64,000 nt of DNA from Methanotrichaceae archaeon (GTDB lineage: Archaea > Halobacteriota > Methanosarcinia > Methanotrichales > Methanotrichaceae): assembly GCA_963803145.1 (NCBI GenBank), contig CAWDLW010000020.1:128001-192000 (forward strand), given 5' to 3'. Under the pieces are notes generated by a model that saw only the letters and a list, made by a program, of their open reading frames with translations, made no database searches and was not told the DNA's origin. Positions 19,785-29,774 of this stretch are shown in pieces. Both the position numbers and the translations under genes were made by a program. Position 1 is the first letter of the stretch; every line of letters starts with the position of its first letter.

Positions 19785-21867
19785 TCTCTTCCCTCCCTCC
19801 AATGGATGTAAGCAGATTTTCAGTGAACTTCTTCAAGTTAGGATCTGGATAGCTAAACACCGGCTCATATTGTACGAAATTCTTGAATATCGTATGGTCA
19901 CCTACCACTACTATCTGTCCTTTCCCGATTTTCTTCACAGCCACGACGGGTGTATTGTTGTAAAGAGCAATTGGCGTTCCACCCATGACCTCAACTGCGG
20001 AATACATAGTGATGTTTCCATTAACGCTATCCATCAGAGGATTCTTTAGCGGTCTGACAGCTATCCTTGTCTCCTTCATGTAAGGCAGATGATAACCCCA
20101 TGTTGTGTAGTTGAAATAGCTGATATCTCCTAGAAGCGTCTCATTCAAAGACATGCCGAAGTTGTTGAGCAATGTGTTCACTGGATGGCCTGATTGGTCT
20201 GCAGAGATATCGGAATGGTATCCATCAAAGACTATCATAGTACCGCCGTTCTCTACGTAATTCAATAGATTTGTCCGCTCCTCTGTGCTGAAGGGATCGG
20301 TTGGGCCCATAGTCACATATGCCTTGTATTTCGATAAATCTTGAGGTACCTCTTTCACAAGAACGGGATTGAATCCATAGTGCTGTGCAAATATGGCGAC
20401 GAAGACATTCTTGTACTGATGTGGATCTCCATAGCCCTCGATGTTTGCATGTCCAACATCAAGCGCAATTACATTTGTCGGCTCCCATGTCACAGGAACG
20501 GCGGCCTGGACCTGAAGCAGAAGAAGAATAAGAGATACTGAAACGATCAAAGGCACTATTGTATATAGGCGTGCTCTGAATATGCCTAAAGCTGCCAGAA
20601 GAGCCAAAGGTACAACGAGCCAGATGTTTCTCAGGACGCTGTTCTCATGGTTGAGATAACTCATGACCTTTCCCAAAAAAACATAGTTGTACATCAAATT
20701 GGGACCGCTCATAGAATCGGAGTTGGCTATTGCCAGTACTCTTCCTTTGCCATAGTTTACAGCTGCGCATATTGGAAGAACTCCAAAGTCCTCATTGCTC
20801 TCAGGCGCAACATCCCCCAAATAGGCATGGTTCTCTGCTGCCCAATCGCCTAGATCGGCCCATGTTGTGTACTTGAGCGCATAAAATATCAGTCCATCGG
20901 ATCTATTAACCCTTAGAGTTGCTCCTGCGGTCTCCTCTGTGCTGTCAAAGCCAGAAAGGCTTGCGAAATGAGGCTCCCAGAGCATGCTATAGTCGAAGTT
21001 AAGGTGAAGCCCAAAGGTTTCCAGTATGGGATTGAGGTCTATATAGCAGTCCATTATGTTTGTATGATCTCCCAGCACAAACAGACCGCCGCCGTTTCTT
21101 ACGAAGTCTGTGATATACTCGATCTCCTGGGGGCTGTACTTCTCCTCAGGGGTTTCCAGTACCAGAATGCTGACGTCTTTTAAAGATTCGGGAGATATTG
21201 TTGTGTTCAGAATAGTAGTCTCATAACCTACTGTATTCAGATATCTGAGAGTGGAATGAGTTATTGTATCGTTCTCAAAGAATGCCGAGTCGAGCTTATG
21301 ATGGTATCCGTCGTATGCGATCTTGCCTGTCTTTATCTGGCCTAATGGATCGATCGGAGATAAGCTGATCAAGAGCAGTATCATCGATACATACAGAGCC
21401 GCTTTTGTTATGGGCTTAACCTGTACCTTGGATGCATCTCCCAGATCGTAGACGCTCGCAACAACAAAGAATGCAAATGTGATCAGAAGGGTTATCCAAG
21501 TATTCAGTGCGAGACCTAAGCCCTCAACCATTGCTATAGGCAGCAAGATAAATGTGGTCTTTAGCAGATGCTCATTCCTGTAGAAGTAATATATTACTGC
21601 TAGCATTAGGAAGATGTAAGGCGTAGGGTTTCTCAATAGAAATGGTATGAAGAACATTATGATGCCGAGTGGCCTAGCCTTCTCGAACCTCTTCCATGAG
21701 AAGAAGATGAGTAGAGATAGCCCTGACACTAGGCTGACAACATACATTGGCGTCATCAGCTTAAAGACGGAATGTATAATCCCTGACTCCCAACATATAA
21801 AGAAAAGAAGAGGTAAGTAGGGAATGTAATCTCTGGCCCTGGCTGGCGCCTTTGATTCGCTGCTCAT
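19774..21867 (-). CDS. Polytopic membrane protein with two GATase-like/DUF4350 (GIFT-like) domains
   Basis: N-terminal TMs; domain 1 ILVLETPEEKYSPQEI..ITDFVRNGGGLFVLGDHTN...YGKGRVLAIANS; TM pair; domain 2 IALDVGHAN...YVENGGTMIVF...GKGQIVVVGD. Confidence 0.8.
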   Translation of the reverse strand: MSSESKAPARARDYIPYLPLLFFICWESGIIHSVFKLMTPMYVVSLVSGLSLLIFFSWKRFEKARPLGIIMFFIPFLLRNPTPYIFLMLAVIYYFYRNEHLLKTTFILLPIAMVEGLGLALNTWITLLITFAFFVVASVYDLGDASKVQVKPITKAALYVSMILLLISLSPIDPLGQIKTGKIAYDGYHHKLDSAFFENDTITHSTLRYLNTVGYETTILNTTISPESLKDVSILVLETPEEKYSPQEIEYITDFVRNGGGLFVLGDHTNIMDCYIDLNPILETFGLHLNFDYSMLWEPHFASLSGFDSTEETAGATLRVNRSDGLIFYALKYTTWADLGDWAAENHAYLGDVAPESNEDFGVLPICAAVNYGKGRVLAIANSDSMSGPNLMYNYVFLGKVMSYLNHENSVLRNIWLVVPLALLAALGIFRARLYTIVPLIVSVSLILLLLQVQAAVPVTWEPTNVIALDVGHANIEGYGDPHQYKNVFVAIFAQHYGFNPVLVKEVPQDLSKYKAYVTMGPTDPFSTEERTNLLNYVENGGTMIVFDGYHSDISADQSGHPVNTLLNNFGMSLNETLLGDISYFNYTTWGYHLPYMKETRIAVRPLKNPLMDSVNGNITMYSAVEVMGGTPIALYNNTPVVAVKKIGKGQIVVVGDHTIFKNFVQYEPVFSYPDPNLKKFTENLLTSIGGREENGL

Positions 21868-21895
21868 TGTTGGATCTCTTCCCCTAAATCGTTGC

Positions 21896-22651
21896 TTATA
21901 TACGCTCTTTAATCTTCGATGCTAAGCTTGGCAGCTTCTTCCTATAGCCCAGAAGCAGCGCAGCAACGACTATTATCAGTGCACTAGCTCCAATCTTGAA
22001 CATATTGTCTGTGAGCGACATTGCAGCATTGTAGTAGTTGTAATTCGCCCTGAATACGATATCAGTCTCGTTTCCTGTCTTGGCGGCACTCCAGAGTAGG
22101 GCGTCTCTGCCGGAGATAACGACTCTCTTAAAGGGATCTGTTGAGTTTCCAATGGTCACTACTGAGGTGCCTATTTTGGCATCCGCTGGAGGAATAACCA
22201 CAACACTTGCGCCCTGAGGCTCGCCCACATTCACACTTGTATAGAGCGTATTTCTCTCGCCAATCCTTGTCAAAAGCCCATTCCAGGTGAAGGATAGATT
22301 GAACTTATATGGCTTTCCAACCTGGTAGCCGGCGAGAAGCATGGATATGGTCCGCTCACCGCCAGCCTCGTTAACATCGGCATCAATCGTTTGACCCAAT
22401 GAGTCCTCTGCCGTGTAATCCTTCGTCTCTCCACCTCGGAAAGAGAAAGTATAAAGGATGCTCGGCTCCTTGGGTATGATAGTGCTTGACCAGGTGCATC
22501 TGACGCTCCCATCGGCATTTATATCATATATATAGCTATGATCTACAGGATCAAAGGCAATCTTCTGGTGAGATGCTGTATTCTGGGCAGATGCGGAGCC
22601 GAAAGCTGCTAGATATATTAACAGTAGAGAGAGAGTAGCAGCTTTGGCCAT
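21896..22651 (-). CDS. Secreted beta-rich protein with C-terminal membrane anchor
   Basis: Signal peptide MAKAATLSLLLIYLAAFGSASA after GGAGG; C-terminal TM followed by a basic tail (YRKK). Confidence 0.8.
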   Translation of the reverse strand: MAKAATLSLLLIYLAAFGSASAQNTASHQKIAFDPVDHSYIYDINADGSVRCTWSSTIIPKEPSILYTFSFRGGETKDYTAEDSLGQTIDADVNEAGGERTISMLLAGYQVGKPYKFNLSFTWNGLLTRIGERNTLYTSVNVGEPQGASVVVIPPADAKIGTSVVTIGNSTDPFKRVVISGRDALLWSAAKTGNETDIVFRANYNYYNAAMSLTDNMFKIGASALIIVVAALLLGYRKKLPSLASKIKERI

Positions 22652-23004
22652 CTGTAAACCTCCATATTGTAACACAATTAACTCTCCGAATAATCTTATT
22701 ATCATAAGATATCGTATTTCGAACATATATTAAGCTAGCGGTTAATATTTAAGTAAAAATTGAGCTACCGATATCTAATATACACTAAGCATTCTAGTGA
22801 AGTTACTGAGTTACTAACCGTATCTATATCTGTTACAAAAGATAGTACAGGTTTATCTATAAATACGTAGGAACAAAACATTCGTATTGAAAATCTTTAC
22901 CATTGGTTCTGTATTCGGTTATGACCTCATTAGAGCTCGAAAAGTGACCTAATACACAAAAATTTGTCTGTTTAAAAAATATTGGGCGCTAGCGACCTAG
23001 CAGC

Positions 23005-24195
23005 CTAAGAAGATGATGCTGACGTCGGGCAGAGCTTTTCTGACGGGCAACTGCTGCCGGTTGGACATCTTGAGCCTGTTGGGCAGTTATGGCTTGTTAC
23101 CGTCTCCGCTGAGCTTATGCATCTACCGCTGCTTGGGCAACTGCTGGTGCTCGGGCAGTTACGGCTTGTCACACAACCACTATCTGTTGGGCAGACAGCA
23201 TTAGTTGTGCAGCCTGTTCCAGTTGGACAATTACAACTGGTCACACAGCCACCACTTGTCGGGCAAACTGAATTGGTCGTGCAGCCTGTTCCAGTCGGAC
23301 AATCGTCGCTGGTTGTACAGCCACTGCCTGTCGGGCAGCCTTCACCACTTATACAGCCTGTTCCAGTCGGACAATCATCAGTAGTTGCACAGCCACTACC
23401 TGTTGTGCAGCCTTCGCCGCTTATACAGCCTGTTCCTGTCGGACAGTCATCACTGGTCATACAGCCACTACCTGTCGGGCAACCTGCACCACTTATACAG
23501 CCGGTTCCTGTCGGACAATCATCAGTGGTTGCACAGCCACTACCTGTCGGGCAGCCTTCACCACTTATACAGCCTGTTCCAGTCGGACAATCATCGCTGG
23601 TCATACATCCGCTACCAGTTGGACAGCCTTCACCACTTATACAACCGGTTCCTGTTGGACAATCGCTGCTGGTTGCACAGCCACTACCTGTCGTGCAGCC
23701 TGAACCAGTTATACAGCTTGTTCCAGTCGGACATGTGGCCCCTGTTGGGCGGAAAGATGTTGTTAAGCATCCAGAGCATGTCGGACAGAATGAATTGGTC
23801 ACGCAGGTCGTTTCGCTCGGGCATACCGTATTGGTCGAGCAGCCTGAACCTGTTGGGCAAGTTGATCCTGTTGTGCAACCTACACCAGTTGGGCAGCCGC
23901 TACCCGTTGGGCAAACAGACCCTGTTGCACAGCTACAGCCAGTTGAGCAGCCTGCGCCTGTCATACATAGGCCTCCAGTTGGGCAACCAGCGCCTGTTGC
24001 GCACCCGCTGCCAGTCGGACAGGCTGCACTGGTTGTACAACCGCTACCTGTCGGGCAACCTGCACCAGTCGGTGTACAGGCACCAGTCGGGCTATCAACA
24101 CAATTGGCCGTTATAGCCGATGTATCCACAGCTAATGCGTTGCCTGAAAAAATAATCAAAGCTATGGCTACCAAAAATACCGCTACGTACCTCAT
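23005..24195 (-). CDS. Secreted Cys/Thr/Gly-rich repeat protein B
   Basis: Signal peptide MRYVAVFLVAIALIIFSGNALA; Cys nearly every 6th residue; 5 tandem 24-aa units CPTGTGCISG(E/A)GC(P/T)TGSGCxT(S/T)DD. Confidence 0.9.
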   Translation of the reverse strand: MRYVAVFLVAIALIIFSGNALAVDTSAITANCVDSPTGACTPTGAGCPTGSGCTTSAACPTGSGCATGAGCPTGGLCMTGAGCSTGCSCATGSVCPTGSGCPTGVGCTTGSTCPTGSGCSTNTVCPSETTCVTNSFCPTCSGCLTTSFRPTGATCPTGTSCITGSGCTTGSGCATSSDCPTGTGCISGEGCPTGSGCMTSDDCPTGTGCISGEGCPTGSGCATTDDCPTGTGCISGAGCPTGSGCMTSDDCPTGTGCISGEGCTTGSGCATTDDCPTGTGCISGEGCPTGSGCTTSDDCPTGTGCTTNSVCPTSGGCVTSCNCPTGTGCTTNAVCPTDSGCVTSRNCPSTSSCPSSGRCISSAETVTSHNCPTGSRCPTGSSCPSEKLCPTSASSS

Positions 24196-24694
24196 GTTCT
24201 CCTCTCGTGCAATTTTGAGAAAAACATGGGCAGCTTTTATAATAAAGATGTAGGAAAATAGTATACTAACAGCGCGTCATAAGCGGATATACAATGCAAA
24301 GATACGTATGTGTTGTGATCAAAAGCCAAAGAGCAGCATAAACCCATATAAAATATGATTGAATGCTTTGTGATTTCTAGGATATAGTTCATAATACGAT
24401 AATAATATGTAATCCCCATGCCAATCTGCAAAAGGCCTTGAGTCCATAATCATATATCCAAGGGTTTAGGATATTATATTGTAACTTATATTGTAACTCC
24501 ATACGGATATATCTCTAATATTGTAGATATGAACCGAAAATTTTTTACCCATGGACATATAAGTATTTAGGTTAGCTCGGAAGCCGAATATCTCAAAAGG
24601 ATGAGACTGCAGTACTATCTGGGAATTTCTACATGCTTATCAGTTGTGCTGATAGCACATAGAAACTATTAGAATAAATTGTGGTGGTGAAATA

Positions 24695-25084
24695 TTGATA
24701 AAGATTGGGATTGAATCCACCTTTGATGGACTTCGCAGAGACATTTTATCGTATCCTGAGAAGTACTTCTTTATATTGGTTATTGATGGCCAAGCAGCCC
24801 TCTGCATTCGAACTTGCGATTCACAAGGGGAGGAGCTGCAAGCATATGTCGTAGATGGCTTGGTTCCAGATTCAGAAGGCTGCCTAAAATCCATTTTCGA
24901 GGATGAGATCAGAGATGCTATTTTGGAGCAGATAGGCCCAGGACTACAGCTTTATGGGGAAAAAGAGTACAATGTAACAGAAACTCTTGCAAAGAAGATC
25001 TCAGAAACGCCTGATCTAATCGAATGGATCATGCGGTCGATTTTAAGCGCCGATAGACACATCATCATATTTTCTCTCTATTGA
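24695..25084 (+). CDS. Hypothetical protein
   Basis: 129-aa ORF with GGTGA RBS and globular composition. Confidence 0.6.
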   Translation: MIKIGIESTFDGLRRDILSYPEKYFFILVIDGQAALCIRTCDSQGEELQAYVVDGLVPDSEGCLKSIFEDEIRDAILEQIGPGLQLYGEKEYNVTETLAKKISETPDLIEWIMRSILSADRHIIIFSLY

Positions 25085-25297
25085 CTTGATTATCAATCAT
25101 CTAGCGGTGTTCCAACGATATTAGCGATGCTCTAACAATATAGCTGTATATCTGTTTTATCGCGATATGAATGCTCTGAAATAGGCTTAGCAATTTTTCA
25201 GTCAAATTGCTATAAGTATCGGCGATAGTAAAAATAGTAGAATAGACAATAGTTGAATAGGCAACAGCAGAATAGTAACGGATGGGTCGATGATCTT

Positions 25298-25681
25298 ATG
25301 CTCATAAAGGATGTGCAGAAATGTCGTTTTATTACGTCCAGGGATAACACAGTTCTTTGCGAACTTCTTCATCCAGGCCGGGAGGATGTGAAGATCGCAC
25401 ACAGCATAGCCTATGCCATTCTGAAGCCTGGACATGCGTCACTGCTGCATAGGCTCACGAAATCCTCAGAGATTTATTTTATCCTTGAGGGAGTTGGTGT
25501 GATGCATATAGATAACGAATCTGAAGCTGTTCACCGAAATCAGGCTATTTTTATTCCCCCGCTGTCCTGGCAATATGTTCAAAACACAGGGACTGCTGAT
25601 TTGAAATTCCTATGTATAGTTGATCCAAGCTGGAGCGAAGACGATGAAGAGATATATGACCCTAATGGTGTTAATGCATGA
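25298..25681 (+). CDS. Cupin_2 domain protein
   Basis: LHRL..SSEIYFILEG.G.M.I...IFIPP...Q.VQNTG..DLKFLCIV.P cupin motifs. Confidence 0.9.
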   Translation: MLIKDVQKCRFITSRDNTVLCELLHPGREDVKIAHSIAYAILKPGHASLLHRLTKSSEIYFILEGVGVMHIDNESEAVHRNQAIFIPPLSWQYVQNTGTADLKFLCIVDPSWSEDDEEIYDPNGVNA

Positions 25682-26811
25682 GTTCTAATCCTACATACAT
25701 GAAGTCTGAAGGCCTCCTTGAAGGCCTAAAGGACAGCGATGATCGCCTGAAAACTGAGGCTCTAAAGATACCTGAGGAGAGAAAGAGATTAGGGCTTGAA
25801 GGTCTTGTGGGCGGTCTGCAGGCAGTGGTTATAAACACTGAGCCTGAAATGCAAAGATCTGCCGTCGAAGAGCTTTTGAGGTACACCGGCCTCCACTTTC
25901 AGGAAGCCTTTCAGAATGAGGGCTTAAGAACCTGTGTTCTCGAAGTTCCAGGAGCGTCCGATTTCCGGTCTGCAGATTTCCTCATCACATCCCGGATGCA
26001 GGGGAATCCTTTTGAAAAGGTAAACATAGCCCCAAAATCAAAGCACCTTCCGAACACAAGGCTTGAGACATTCATCTTCGAAACAAACAATATCGACAGG
26101 TATGTTTCAATCCAGAAATCTCTGGGTGTTAAGTTCCTCACCGATGATATCGTGGATAAGGAGAACTATTCGTTCATCCAGACTGAACCTTCGCAGTTTA
26201 CCGGCAACTCGATAGGCCTCATTCAATGGAAAGGCAACAGGGGTGATTACAAGACGGCGGATTCAAAAGCCATCGACTGGAGACCAGAGAAGCCGGATTT
26301 CGATTATCTCAAGAACATAAGATGGATCGATCATGCAGCAACCAGGGTTAAGGCTCAGGAGAGAGATGCCAGCATAATCGAGTTTATGAAGCTGACCAAC
26401 TACAAGTTCGATTTTGCTATTTATGTAAAGGGCCTTAACTCCATAACAAGCGTTGCCAGGCTCTCGCATTCAGATTATGCCGCGGTCTTCACATCAGGCA
26501 TCACACCCTACATCAGCGACGAGATATCCGGCCCGACAGAGAAGTTCATTCAAAACTACGGCACAAGGGTGCACCACATCGCCTTCCAGACTGATAAGAT
26601 AGAGGAGACATTCCAAGCGATAAAGGATGACGGCATGAAGTTCCTGATAGAGCTTGTCGGTTCGCCCGAAGAAGGGCTTAAGCAAACCTTCTCAGAGCCC
26701 TCGAAGAATACGCTGCTGGTAAATGAGTACATACATAGATACGGAGATTTCGACGGGTTCTTCACCAAATCCAATGTGACTTTGCTGACTGAAGCTACAG
26801 GCAAGCAGTGA
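25678..26811 (+). CDS. 4-hydroxyphenylpyruvate dioxygenase-like VOC superfamily protein
   Basis: IDHAA, FIQNYG..VHHIAF, LKQTFS, EYIHR and GFFTKSNV.LL match the HPPD C-terminal domain layout. Confidence 0.75.
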   Translation: MSSNPTYMKSEGLLEGLKDSDDRLKTEALKIPEERKRLGLEGLVGGLQAVVINTEPEMQRSAVEELLRYTGLHFQEAFQNEGLRTCVLEVPGASDFRSADFLITSRMQGNPFEKVNIAPKSKHLPNTRLETFIFETNNIDRYVSIQKSLGVKFLTDDIVDKENYSFIQTEPSQFTGNSIGLIQWKGNRGDYKTADSKAIDWRPEKPDFDYLKNIRWIDHAATRVKAQERDASIIEFMKLTNYKFDFAIYVKGLNSITSVARLSHSDYAAVFTSGITPYISDEISGPTEKFIQNYGTRVHHIAFQTDKIEETFQAIKDDGMKFLIELVGSPEEGLKQTFSEPSKNTLLVNEYIHRYGDFDGFFTKSNVTLLTEATGKQ

Positions 26812-26988
26812 GAGTAAAAAAGAGTAGAAAATGCTAGATTAAAGTGCATTCCAAAGCGGGCTCAGCGGTCTCGCTTAAGATTCCTTTTGTTTGGAAACTT
26901 AATTTTGGAGCCCGAAGAGTTACAGAACCCACAAGCGAAATATTATAATATTGGTAGCAGCCCTATTGCCGTCTTAGGAAGGCTGATT

Positions 26989-27483
26989 ATGGAGAACATT
27001 AAGATCAAAGAATTCCCGCTGCTTGTTCTGTGCATAATTATCTGCCAGGCAGCAGGCTCTATTGGCTCATTTTTCACAAACATGTCGGTCTCCACCTGGT
27101 ATCCAACCCTCGCAAAGCCCTGGTTCACGCCTCCAGGATGGCTGATCGGTGTTGTGTGGTTCATCCTCTTCATACTAATGGGCATAGCTCTCTTTTTTGT
27201 TTGGCGAAACAACCTGCGTCTGCGCAATGCACTTATCAGGAACGCCATCACAATCTTCGGAGCCCAGCTTATCGTTAACATCCTATGGTCTGCCGCATTC
27301 TTCGGCCTGCAGTCGCCTCTGTATGGATTGGCAGTGATATCTATTCTATGGGTTCTGATATTGGCCACGATTGTGATGTTCTGGCGTGTATCCAGGGACG
27401 CAGCGTTACTTCTGGTGCCCTATATCCTCTGGGTGAGCTTTGCTGCTTTCCTCAATTATAATATCTGGATGCTGAATCATTGA
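26989..27483 (+). CDS. tspO: TspO/MBR tryptophan-rich sensory protein
   Basis: WYPTLAKPWFTPP.W...VW, QL.VN.LWS..FFG and LLVPY.LWV.FA..LN. Confidence 0.93.
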   Translation: MENIKIKEFPLLVLCIIICQAAGSIGSFFTNMSVSTWYPTLAKPWFTPPGWLIGVVWFILFILMGIALFFVWRNNLRLRNALIRNAITIFGAQLIVNILWSAAFFGLQSPLYGLAVISILWVLILATIVMFWRVSRDAALLLVPYILWVSFAAFLNYNIWMLNH

Positions 27484-27991
27484 GGTCGATGTATTCAGCA
27501 TACCCTTTACCCTTTACCATTTTTTTGCTCTCGCTTCCAAAACGATCCAATCTTTAGCGCCATTGAGACACAGCACAGTGTGGATACATCCTATAATACC
27601 ACAAATAAATCCGAATCCCAAACGATGAAGCATGATACGCAAGCAAGCCAGAGGAACAATATAGAATATAGGCCAGCTCAACTGAGCAGCAAAATTCCTA
27701 GGAATGCCATTGTGATTGGTAGCAGAAATAGTAGCCAGACAACGCATCTGGTCTGGGAGATATTCGCGACAATGGCTCAAGCTTCCATAATCGATTATAT
27801 AACTGGAACCTTAGATAGCGAACAACAAGCGAAGTCATGGCACGAAAAAATGAGCTAGCCGCATTGTCAATCAAGCATCTAAGAGATTATCGAATTTGCG
27901 GGTTTGCGAATTTGCGGGTTTGTCTGCAAAAACCACTTTGATTTGCTGAATATTCCACAAAACTCATATATCATGAAAAATATGCACATTT

Positions 27992-28915
27992 ATGGAAGCT
28001 CTTAGAGTCTATGCAATCTTGTTCCTCCTAGGAGCGGTTATTTCTCCGGGCATCTGTGCCGCGGCCGCTTCAGGGAATAATAGCTCGAATGCTAGTATAG
28101 CGGCTGCATCTGCTGGAACCTCTCATGCAGATCTTATCGCTTTTGTAGATAATGCAGTAGCCTATGCCAAAGCTAACGGAAAAGAGATGGCCATCAAAGA
28201 GTTCAATAACAACAAATCGACTCAGTTCATTAAAGGTGAACTCTATATCTTTGCTGTTGACTTCAATGGCACAACCATAGCCCACCCATATCGACCGGAT
28301 TTCGTGGGAAAGAGCCAGATGAGTCTAAATGATACAAATGGTGTTCCATTCTTTAAGAATATGGCCACTGTTGCAAATAGAGGCAATGGGTCAGTCTATT
28401 ATGTCTTCGCCAATCCTGCTCATAATAAGAAACCGGAGCTGAAGTTAACCTACGTTGAGAAGGTAGATAATACCTGGTGGCTGGGCGCTGGAACTTACCT
28501 GTCCAATATGTCGGCAAACTTCAGCCAGGCATCCAGGAATAATCTCACAAGCTTTGTCAATTCGGCTGCTAATTATGCAAAGGAGTACGGGAAAAACAAA
28601 GCCTTGAAGGAATTCAACGACAAGAATGGCACATTCTTCAAGGGAGGACTGTATGTGTTCGCCTATGACTTCAACGGCACAACACTTGCAGCCCCAACTC
28701 AGCCAAATCTATTAGGCACAAATAGGATCAATGTCACCGATCCAAATGGAGTTAAGCTCGTTAGGGACATGGGAGATCTGGCCAAAGGCGGAAAAGGATT
28801 CACCTATTACATCTACGCCGATCCGACAAAGAATATGATGCAGAGGCTCAAGCTGAGCTGTGTCGAGAATGTGGATAATACCTGGTTCCTGGGTGCAGGC
28901 CAATACGCCCAATGA
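27992..28915 (+). CDS. Secreted stand-alone double Cache-domain protein
   Basis: Two copies of A..YAK..GK..A.KEFN....F.KG.LY.FA.DFNGTT.A.P...D.NGV...YY...P...KL..VE.VDNTW.LGAG.Y; signal peptide, no output domain. Confidence 0.9.
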   Translation: MEALRVYAILFLLGAVISPGICAAAASGNNSSNASIAAASAGTSHADLIAFVDNAVAYAKANGKEMAIKEFNNNKSTQFIKGELYIFAVDFNGTTIAHPYRPDFVGKSQMSLNDTNGVPFFKNMATVANRGNGSVYYVFANPAHNKKPELKLTYVEKVDNTWWLGAGTYLSNMSANFSQASRNNLTSFVNSAANYAKEYGKNKALKEFNDKNGTFFKGGLYVFAYDFNGTTLAAPTQPNLLGTNRINVTDPNGVKLVRDMGDLAKGGKGFTYYIYADPTKNMMQRLKLSCVENVDNTWFLGAGQYAQ

Positions 28916-29242
28916 ATTGTTGAGATACAGTTGAATAGCCCAAAGGCGCATGAGCTGCGCCATTGGCCATATTTTTGAGGAGGTTATTTCTGAACCATGA
29001 ACCGCAAATGCCTTTAAAGTATTTCCCTGGGCGACCAAATATCTCATCATAGAATTCTTTTCTTATGTCTTTATGGTTTCGCATGAAAATTGGCCAATGG
29101 GCATCGATTTAATAATTCATTATGAGGCGCAGTCTCCTAGAAGTCTTCCACTAAAAACATTCATCCAGTAACTAAGTTATTCTTAGTTTTAGGATGGCTA
29201 TGTATTTAAACGATTGAGAGAATGAAGCAACGGGAGAACAAA

Positions 29243-29581
29243 ATGAGACGACTGATACTAATAATATCCATCTTACTAGCGATAACAGTTTTATCCCACA
29301 GCCTTGCACCAGCCCAACTTAGCGGCACCGATGGCATGGCATTGCTGAAGGGCTTGACAAACAGCTCGGAAAATCTTACTATGGGCAATAACACGACGTC
29401 TGACCACTCCAATAGCAAGATACTTGTCTCGCTCAGCGGCAATAATGGCACTGCGTTGCTATCCAACTTAACGAATAACCCGGCGAACCTGTCTTGGGGC
29501 TCTAAGCCACGTACACCGCCTCCACCACCATCATATACTGATGCCCTGTACGCTCAGGTTATCCATGATAACCACGTATGA
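29243..29581 (+). CDS. Small secreted protein, paralog of 40747-41097
   Basis: Signal peptide, two LSGx(D/N)GxALL motifs and a PPPPP tail. Confidence 0.75.
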   Translation: MRRLILIISILLAITVLSHSLAPAQLSGTDGMALLKGLTNSSENLTMGNNTTSDHSNSKILVSLSGNNGTALLSNLTNNPANLSWGSKPRTPPPPPSYTDALYAQVIHDNHV

Positions 29582-29774
29582 TCCTTCTGATGCCGGGATA
29601 CCGGACATCATAAGAATACGATAGTAGATCTTGCATCTGCTGCATTAATCTGAGAGAACCGTGGCTGGCTGCGTGGATCGGCCAGAACTAAATCTTATTT
29701 GGGCCTAAGTATTTTCAAAGGCAATAAGATTGAACTTGCAAAAAGTTATACGCTTAGAGAATCAGTTTTAAAAT

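Noticed and set aside
17703-21867. Archaeosortase/exosortase identity for the membrane proteins
   Set aside because: No recognisable Cys...Arg...His catalytic triad in the TM regions, and the Cys-rich proteins lack a C-terminal TM sorting signal.
23117-24253. Long plus-strand ORFs (378 aa, 243 aa; also 15998-16402 and 16838-17359) with PVGQ repeats
   Set aside because: They are antisense shadows of the CPTG repeats. The minus-strand ORFs have RBSs and signal peptides.
27891-27922. 16-bp tandem duplication CGAATTTGCGGGTTTG x2
   Set aside because: Only two copies, consistent with replication slippage; no further structure.
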